Positions 26,603-32,000 of a stretch of 32,000 bases of DNA are shown here, in pieces. Below the pieces are notes generated by a model, which had not been told where the DNA came from, ran no database searches, and worked only from the letters and a program-made list of their open reading frames with translations. Numbering within the stretch: position 1 is the stretch's first letter; the number at the start of each line of letters is the position of its first letter. The DNA is from Candidatus Paracaedimonas acanthamoebae. GTDB lineage: Bacteria > Pseudomonadota > Alphaproteobacteria > Caedimonadales > Caedimonadaceae. Location: NCBI GenBank assembly GCA_000743035.1, contig CP008936.1, positions 210,001-242,000 of the forward strand, written 5' to 3'. The translations under genes and the position numbers were made by a program.

Positions 26603-27681
26603 AAGTGTTTGCTTTCTTGAAGTCTTAAAGAAAGGACTTTGGATGTAATATCGCTAGGTTCTTGTTCAATAATAATTCCCTTTGCTTTTAATTGATTTTC
26701 AATAAAAGTTTCAGAGCTTGAACAGATTAGCGATACTTGAGCTTGTCTAAGACTTAGATTATGAATGGTTATTTTTTTTACACCTTGCAAACTTTTAAGT
26801 TGTTCTTGCAGGTTAATCCACTCAGGGTAGTTATTGAAAGTAATGATGAGGTGAAGTTTTTTTGATTCAGAATGAAGAGAGGCTTGAAGGGTTGTTTTGC
26901 TGGCTTCAATAACTTTAGTTATCGCAAACGGTAATAGGGTTGCTGGCGCATATTCATTCATATCAAATTCAACAAGCGGAGAGTGATCAATGAGACCTTC
27001 GGATGTATAATGATGGACTTCAAGGCGTGAAGGAGAGTTTTCATAGAAGATAGTTATAATCATTCTATCAGCCTGATAGCGACTTAACATTTTACGTATT
27101 GCATCAATGTTGCCTTCAAGCGCATCTTTTGCAGAAAGATTTTTGAGATCTTGCAGATCTCCCATGGGAATCACGAGTGCTTCACTATCTAAATCTGTTT
27201 TTTGATTCCATGCTTGCCACCATGGGTTATTTTCTTCCCATAATAATGTTTTTTCATTGCGTACCAATACTGGGACAATAACGGTTGTTTTATTGAGAGA
27301 AGGTGAGACAACTTTTTTATTTTGTTGTGCAAACCACATTTGAACAGTTTTAGGGTTAAAGTGAATAGTTAAGGTTCCTAGATAGCGAACATCTGAATTT
27401 TTTTCACTTTGAACTTCAATAGATTGGACTAAAGCATCCAGCTGTTCATCGGTTAAGCTTGGTAAAGAAGAATCATGTTGGGGAAGCACTTTTTCTAACA
27501 AAATATTATAAGCTTGGCGTTGCGCATCCGCCATTGCTTTTGTGCGCGCTTCTGAAGCAGAGCTTCCCGTAACATCAACTTGTACATTCTTGATGACATA
27601 ACTTTCACTTGCGACCAGATCATTACTGACAACTAAGTAAAAAATAGAAGTCCACAATAAAAATACAAATTTACTCAGCAT
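26599..27681 (-). CDS. Hypothetical periplasmic protein, possibly DUF2066 family
   Basis: The N-terminus is signal-peptide-like (FVFLLWTSIFYLVVSNDLVASE). The V.V......AR..A...A...A...LL.KVL pattern resembles DUF2066 starts as I remember them. Its stop overlaps the downstream ATG (ATGA). Confidence 0.5.
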   Translation of the reverse strand: MLSKFVFLLWTSIFYLVVSNDLVASESYVIKNVQVDVTGSSASEARTKAMADAQRQAYNILLEKVLPQHDSSLPSLTDEQLDALVQSIEVQSEKNSDVRYLGTLTIHFNPKTVQMWFAQQNKKVVSPSLNKTTVIVPVLVRNEKTLLWEENNPWWQAWNQKTDLDSEALVIPMGDLQDLKNLSAKDALEGNIDAIRKMLSRYQADRMIITIFYENSPSRLEVHHYTSEGLIDHSPLVEFDMNEYAPATLLPFAITKVIEASKTTLQASLHSESKKLHLIITFNNYPEWINLQEQLKSLQGVKKITIHNLSLRQAQVSLICSSSETFIENQLKAKGIIIEQEPSDITSKVLSLRLQESKHL

Positions 27682-27743
27682 TTAAACTCCTTTGACTGCC
27701 TTGTTACTCTCAAAAAGGATAGGCTGAGATTATTATGCCGTTA

Positions 27744-28166
27744 TTAACCGACAATTTCAATTTCGCTAAAGAAGAAAGAGATTTCTCTTTGTGCATTCTC
27801 AAGTGAATCAGAACCATGAACAGAATTTGCTTCAATCGATTCAGCAAAATCACGACGAATTGTTCCTTCTTCTGCATTTGCAGGATTAGTTGCTCCCATT
27901 ACTTGGCGATAAAGAGGGACCGCATTCTCGCCTTCTAAGACTTGAACAACCACGGGACCACTGATCATAAATGTGCAAAGCTCATCAAAAAATGAACGTT
28001 CTTTGTGAACGTCATAGAAGCGTTCAGCAGCAGAACGATCCATGTGGATTCTTTTTTGAGCAATGATTCGTAAGCCTGCTTCTTCAATACGTGCATTAAT
28101 GACGCCTGTTAAATTACGGCGAGTTGCGTCAGGCTTAATAATTGAAAGTGTTCTTGTAAGGGACAT
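27744..28166 (-). CDS. ndk: Nucleoside diphosphate kinase
   Basis: [10 protein letters not shown], the catalytic His in NSVHGSDS, and GTIRRDF are present. A GGAG SD lies 6 nt upstream. Confidence 0.96.
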   Translation of the reverse strand: MSLTRTLSIIKPDATRRNLTGVINARIEEAGLRIIAQKRIHMDRSAAERFYDVHKERSFFDELCTFMISGPVVVQVLEGENAVPLYRQVMGATNPANAEEGTIRRDFAESIEANSVHGSDSLENAQREISFFFSEIEIVG

Positions 28167-28190
28167 TTTATACTCCAGTTTTTTTAATTG

Positions 28191-28646
28191 TTAATTAGAT
28201 GGCATTTTATGCCATGCGCCTTTTTCATCTTGATGCCACATTAAAATGGAACATCCTAAATCTCTATATTTTTTTTTACGATTACCAGCTTTTTCTTCTG
28301 CTTCTGGATCGTTGCCATCGTATATGTCAAGACATTTTGAAAAAGTTAAGAAGTTATTGACCTCTTGATCTTCAACGGTAATCAAAATTTCCGCTTCATT
28401 AGGATTCTCTAACACATTGGTTAACCAAATAGGTTGATTTTCCGCTGAACCTTCTTTTGAACTACCATGCGGTAAAAAAGTACCTGGTGAATAGGTCCAG
28501 AGCATAGTATTAAAAGCAGCTAATCTTTCGGGTGTACCAAAAAGAACAACAACTTTTTTCTGAGCTTGAAAGATTTTTTCTAAAAGCCTTGGCAGACTAT
28601 GCTCCAGAGAAGTTTTCTGAAGTTTGTAAAAGCTAACTTCGAGCAC
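28191..28646 (-). CDS. holC: DNA polymerase III subunit chi
   Basis: The sequence is HolC-like (SFYKL...LPRLLEKI...VVVLFGTPERLAAFNTMLWTY....FLPHG). It has a GTG start and the conserved position directly after pepA. Confidence 0.85.
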   Translation of the reverse strand: MLEVSFYKLQKTSLEHSLPRLLEKIFQAQKKVVVLFGTPERLAAFNTMLWTYSPGTFLPHGSSKEGSAENQPIWLTNVLENPNEAEILITVEDQEVNNFLTFSKCLDIYDGNDPEAEEKAGNRKKKYRDLGCSILMWHQDEKGAWHKMPSN

Positions 28647-28660
28647 TATACAACCTGTTG

Positions 28661-30157
28661 TTATGATTTTTCATAATAGTTTTGAACAAGCTCATTTAAG
28701 AGTCTCACACCATAAGCGGTTGCACCCTTAGCAACAGTTGGGAAGTCTTTTTCTGCCCATGCCATGCCAGCAATGTCGAGATGAGCCCACGGCGTATCAT
28801 TCACAAATCTTTTAAGGAATTGGCCTGCTGTAGCGCTGCCCGCTTTGCGCCCAAATACAATGTTTTTAAGATCGGCAATATCAGATTCAATTTCACACTC
28901 AAAACGATCATCTAAAGGCATATGCCAGACTCTCTCTCCAGTCTTCTCGCCAGCTAATTTTATTTTATCAACGAGTTCATTATTGTTTGAAAAGAGTCCT
29001 GCAAAATAGTCTCCCAAAGCAATAACAATTGCGCCTGTCAATGTTGCAAGATCTACCATGAATTGAGGTTTAAAACGATCTTGCGTATACCAAAGAACAT
29101 CTGCGAGCACGAGGCGACCTTCAGCATCGGTATCAAGGACTTCAATTGTTTGGCCTGACATTGATTTAACTATGTCACTAGGGCGCTGAGCACTGCCAGA
29201 AGGCATATTTTCAACGAGGCCCACAACCCCAATAGCATTTACTTTTGCTTTACGTCCTGCAAGTGCGTGAATAAGGCCTGCAACAACAGCAGATCCGGCC
29301 ATATCATACTTCATATCCCACATATTGGCAGATGGTTTTAAGCTAATCCCACCTGTGTCAAAAGTGACCCCTTTTCCGATAAATGCAACGGGTTTTTCTG
29401 ATGGATCAGCTCCCAGCCATTGAAGAACAACAACTTTTGGTTCGCGGATACTTCCTTGCGCAACGCCTAAAAGAGCTCCCATCCCAAGTTTTTTAAGTTC
29501 ATCAATACCAAGAACCTCAACTTTAATTCCAAGCTTTGTGAGGTCTTGAAGACGCTCAGCCATTGAAGCTGGATAGAGCACATTCGGGGGTTCACTAACA
29601 AATTCACGAGCCAGAAAAACGCCTGCAGCGACTTGTTCTAAAGAGGAAAAAAGTTTTTCAGCTTTGTCTGCTTCATTTGTTAGAAATGTAATTGATTTAA
29701 GCGCAATTTTCCGCTCTTCAACATCTTTTGTTTTATATTTATTAAAGCTCCAAGATCTGAGTAAAAAGCCATATGCAATGCGACTACAAATTTCGCGGGA
29801 GGTTAGGTCATTAAGAGTGAAGTCATCCACAATGATCTCAAGACTTTGATCGGGAGTTCCTTTAATGAGAGGAAAAATATTCCCACCTGCATTTTCAAGA
29901 TTTTCAATCGAGATATCTTTCTCTGAGCCTAAACCAAGTAAAATAATGCGCGGGCTTTCAATATCATAAGGAGCATTTAACACCAAAGTTTCGTTCTTTT
30001 TTCCGCTGAAGCGATTATTGTCAAGTGCTTGCTTTAAAAAACCTTGATGACTTGCATCAAAATCTTGTGCAGGTTTTGAGAGCTTTTTGTCTTGTAAACA
30101 TAGAAAAACCTTTGTTGCTTTCGAATCAAGGCTTTTAGCTGAAAATTTAAAATCCAT
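28661..30157 (-). CDS. pepA: Leucyl aminopeptidase (M17)
   Basis: GKGVTFDTGGISLKP, the M17 signature DTDAEGRLVLAD, and LTGA are present. A GGAGG SD lies 5 nt upstream. Confidence 0.95.
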   Translation of the reverse strand: MDFKFSAKSLDSKATKVFLCLQDKKLSKPAQDFDASHQGFLKQALDNNRFSGKKNETLVLNAPYDIESPRIILLGLGSEKDISIENLENAGGNIFPLIKGTPDQSLEIIVDDFTLNDLTSREICSRIAYGFLLRSWSFNKYKTKDVEERKIALKSITFLTNEADKAEKLFSSLEQVAAGVFLAREFVSEPPNVLYPASMAERLQDLTKLGIKVEVLGIDELKKLGMGALLGVAQGSIREPKVVVLQWLGADPSEKPVAFIGKGVTFDTGGISLKPSANMWDMKYDMAGSAVVAGLIHALAGRKAKVNAIGVVGLVENMPSGSAQRPSDIVKSMSGQTIEVLDTDAEGRLVLADVLWYTQDRFKPQFMVDLATLTGAIVIALGDYFAGLFSNNNELVDKIKLAGEKTGERVWHMPLDDRFECEIESDIADLKNIVFGRKAGSATAGQFLKRFVNDTPWAHLDIAGMAWAEKDFPTVAKGATAYGVRLLNELVQNYYEKS

Positions 30158-30303
30158 GCAGTCCTCCGAATATTATATAAAATAAGGATTTATCATATTT
30201 CACGCGCAAGAGTGAGTGATAATTTTTGTAAAATATGTAAAAACACAATATTATTTTATTATATGTAATTTTATAGGAGGTTGAAAGCTTAATAATAAAA
30301 AAC

Positions 30304-30333
30304 TTGACTCTCTTGAGGAGTCATGATTATGGT
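30304..30333 (+). promoter_or_regulatory. Candidate promoter for rpmG (TTGACT-N18-TATGGT)
   Basis: TTGACT lies at 30304-30309 and TATGGT at 30328-30333, about 33 nt upstream of the rpmG ATG. This is a pattern match only. Confidence 0.35.
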
Positions 30334-30365
30334 CTTATCACAAAAGTATAAAGCGAGTTTTGATC

Positions 30366-30533
30366 ATGGCAAAAGCAACATCAATTAAAATTAAACTTTT
30401 AAGCACGGAAAAGACAGGATTTTTCTATGTAACGAAGAAAAATCCAAGAACAAAAACCGAGAAAATGGAAGTACGTAAGTACGATCCTGTGGTGAGAAAG
30501 CACGTCACCTTCCGTGAAACGAAAATAAAGTAA
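30366..30533 (+). CDS. rpmG: 50S ribosomal protein L33
   Basis: Hand translation gives [55 protein letters not shown], a 55-aa Cys-free L33. It is absent from the ORF track because of its size and is followed by a strong terminator. Confidence 0.93.
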   Translation: MAKATSIKIKLLSTEKTGFFYVTKKNPRTKTEKMEVRKYDPVVRKHVTFRETKIK

Positions 30534-30553
30534 AATATTTTAGGCCTTACAAT

Positions 30554-30583
30554 AAAAAGGGCTGCCATTGAGCAGCCCTTTTT
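30554..30583. terminator. Bidirectional rho-independent terminator between the convergent rpmG and 30661..31103 genes
   Basis: An AAAAA run precedes the stem GGGCTGC (30559-30565), a 6-nt loop, GCAGCCC (30572-30578), then TTTTT. Confidence 0.88.
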
Positions 30584-30660
30584 ACTTTAAATAAACTTAA
30601 TTGCGTCATCTAGTGTTTAATCTTAAAAGACTTTTTACAGATTTTCAAATTCTTGATCCA

Positions 30661-31103
30661 TCAATATGACATAAGGTTGCCACGCTTTATCTTGAGAAAG
30701 TTCTTTAAGCATTTTTTGTTTTTTTCAATTTCGTCTTTCAATAGACGTATATTCTCTCGCAATTTTGATTTTTCTTGCCTTGAGAGAGCACTAATTTCTG
30801 AAGGTTGCATTTGAGCTAAAAGGTTTCCAAATTCGATTTTAAGTAATTCGAATTCTCCTTCGATCTTTTTTTGATATTCAAGGGTGTTCACATAAAGATT
30901 GAGCAATGTTTTAGAAATTTTTTCTGTCTCATTTTGATAGGTAGCATAAATATCTTTTGAGATTTGAATATCGCCTGATAGCTCCATATTTACAAGCTGG
31001 TCATATGTGAGATGAAGTATTTGAGCATACTCAACTAGATTCTATGATATTCTTCAGTGTGATTTTGCAAGTCTTCTAATAATTTTTGATTAGATGAGAA
31101 CAT
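30661..31103 (-). pseudogene. Hypothetical coiled-coil protein gene interrupted by a 1-nt frameshift (5' ORF 31035..31103; 3' frame open 30661..31041)
   Basis: The ATG at 31101-31103 has a strong AGGAGA SD 7 nt upstream, and that frame reads MFSSNQKLLEDLQNHTEEYHRI before a stop at 31035-31037. The frame of the 108-aa ORF is open from 31041 (NLVEYAQILHLTYDQLVN-MELSG...). The annotated ATG at 30987 has no SD. One missing base near 31038-31041 would restore a ~147-aa heptad-rich protein. Confidence 0.55.
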
Positions 31104-31285
31104 AGATTTTTCTCCTATATTATTAATCATAGGAGGTTAATTTTTTGTGAAATAATAGAATTAAATAAATTTCTAAAAGAAGAATAATAACTGTTTTTAA
31201 ATGGGTATTAAGTCTCATTCTAATATGAGGGGTCATCTTGTAGAATTTTTATAAGAGAGGAGCGACATAAGCTTAATCTCAATGC

Positions 31286-32000
31286 TTACGAGCTAGAAGA
31301 AACTTGTTCTCTCCTAAAATAGATATTTGGAATTTTAAAGAAGTAAACAATAAGACGCGTTAGGAAAGCGCCTGCTATATGAAGCATAACACCATATTTG
31401 ATGGCTTCGGGGTTAATATCGTTTGTTTGCCATATGAGGAAAATAGACAACGAAAATCCCCAAAAGATGGCAATTTCAGGATAGATACCGCCACGTAAGC
31501 TAACAACATCTTTACTCCCACTAATTAGGTCACGGAGAATGCCTCCACCCGCGCCTGTGAGAAAGGCAAAGAAAGCACCCCATAACCAAAGTGGGCTTAC
31601 TTTAGCCATAACTGAAACAACAATACCTGTAATGGTGAAAGCTGAAAGCCCCATCGCATCGCAGATTGCAAGGATGTGTTCTGCCGTGTGAGTTGTTTTA
31701 TAGCTTGGGTGCTTTGTCTCTGTAGAAATCTTTTTATTCTGCCAATGCTCATAGAGATGTACAGCAGAAAAACCTATAAGGACGGTTGCTAATACGAGAG
31801 ATAAATATAAAGGAGATTGAAGGGCACCAACGGGTTTTCGGTTAAAAATAACGTCTCGAATAATTCCTCCGCCTAGAGAAGGTAAAACAGCGAGCAAAAA
31901 AGCTCCGAAGAGAGTCGCTCTTTTTTGATAAGCAATAACAAGTCCTGAAATTGCGAAAGCAATCGTCCCCATGATTTCAATAAAGTGAAACCAATTTGTA
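31286..32000 (-). CDS. Trimeric intracellular cation channel (TRIC)/UPF0126 family membrane protein, 5' end beyond the window
   Basis: Two UPF0126 repeats carry GGGIIRDV and GGGILRDL. The reading frame stays open upstream of the ATG at 31972 to the window edge (..TNWFHFIEIMGT..), so the true start probably lies past 32000. Confidence 0.8.
   Translation of the reverse strand, partial: TNWFHFIEIMGTIAFAISGLVIAYQKRATLFGAFLLAVLPSLGGGIIRDVIFNRKPVGALQSPLYLSLVLATVLIGFSAVHLYEHWQNKKISTETKHPSYKTTHTAEHILAICDAMGLSAFTITGIVVSVMAKVSPLWLWGAFFAFLTGAGGGILRDLISGSKDVVSLRGGIYPEIAIFWGFSLSIFLIWQTNDINPEAIKYGVMLHIAGAFLTRLIVYFFKIPNIYFRREQVSSSS

Noticed and set aside
30273-30282. The 10-mer ATAGGAGGTT occurs in two intergenic regions (30273-30282 and 31129-31138), each looking like a strong SD.
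   Set aside because: No plausible ORF follows either copy. The first has TTG directly abutting and then a stop after 3 codons; the second gives GTG-AAA-TAA. Two copies of an SD-like 10-mer are not enough to call a repeat family or leader peptides.
1-32000. Searched for mobile elements, CRISPR arrays, tRNA/rRNA genes, defence-island or toxin-antitoxin signatures.
   Set aside because: There are no transposase, integrase, recombinase or Cas-like ORFs. There is no regularly spaced repeat array and no tRNA-like T-arm or anticodon structure in the intergenic regions. There are no small adjacent ORF pairs typical of TA modules. The window looks like core chromosome.

Overview
This is an AT-rich, tightly packed bacterial chromosomal window. 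I found no rRNA, tRNA, CRISPR array, transposase or integrase. Gene content and order suggest an alphaproteobacterium, possibly a host-associated Holosporales or Rickettsiales-like lineage; this is inference only. The supporting signs are fabD-fabG-acpP-fabF-mltG without plsX-fabH, a membrane-anchored mitochondrial-type cytochrome c, an adrenodoxin-like Fdx, HdaA, and alpha-type Ndk and L33.

Layout:
- Minus-strand run nupC-like / YdjM-like hydrolase / trmL / hemF (83-3721).
- About 12 kb plus-strand run rmuC / cytochrome c / yejABEF / fabD-fabG-acpP-fabF / mltG (3876-15796), ending at a clean bidirectional terminator.
- An orphan secreted Lys/Pro-rich protein (15886-17142), followed by an unusually long 675-bp AT-rich spacer.
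- pcm plus a small DUF4406/DUF1937-like gene, an orphan lipoprotein, trhO, fdx-iscX and a photolyase.
- An orphan secreted protein, then a minus-strand run pepA-holC-ndk-(DUF2066-like)-(CDP-alcohol phosphatidyltransferase)-(AI-2E permease)-hdaA.
- rpmG, which is absent from the ORF track because it is only 55 aa.
- A coiled-coil gene split by a 1-nt frameshift, and a partial TRIC/UPF0126 channel gene at the window edge.

Most of the window is ordinary core genome. I cannot support a recognisable novel multi-gene system such as a defence island, toxin-antitoxin pair or secretion locus. The best leads are the three orphan exported proteins, the long motif-bearing spacer, the translationally coupled DUF2066-like/CDP-alcohol-PT/AI-2E/hdaA module, the pcm-linked DUF4406-like gene and the frameshifted coiled-coil gene.
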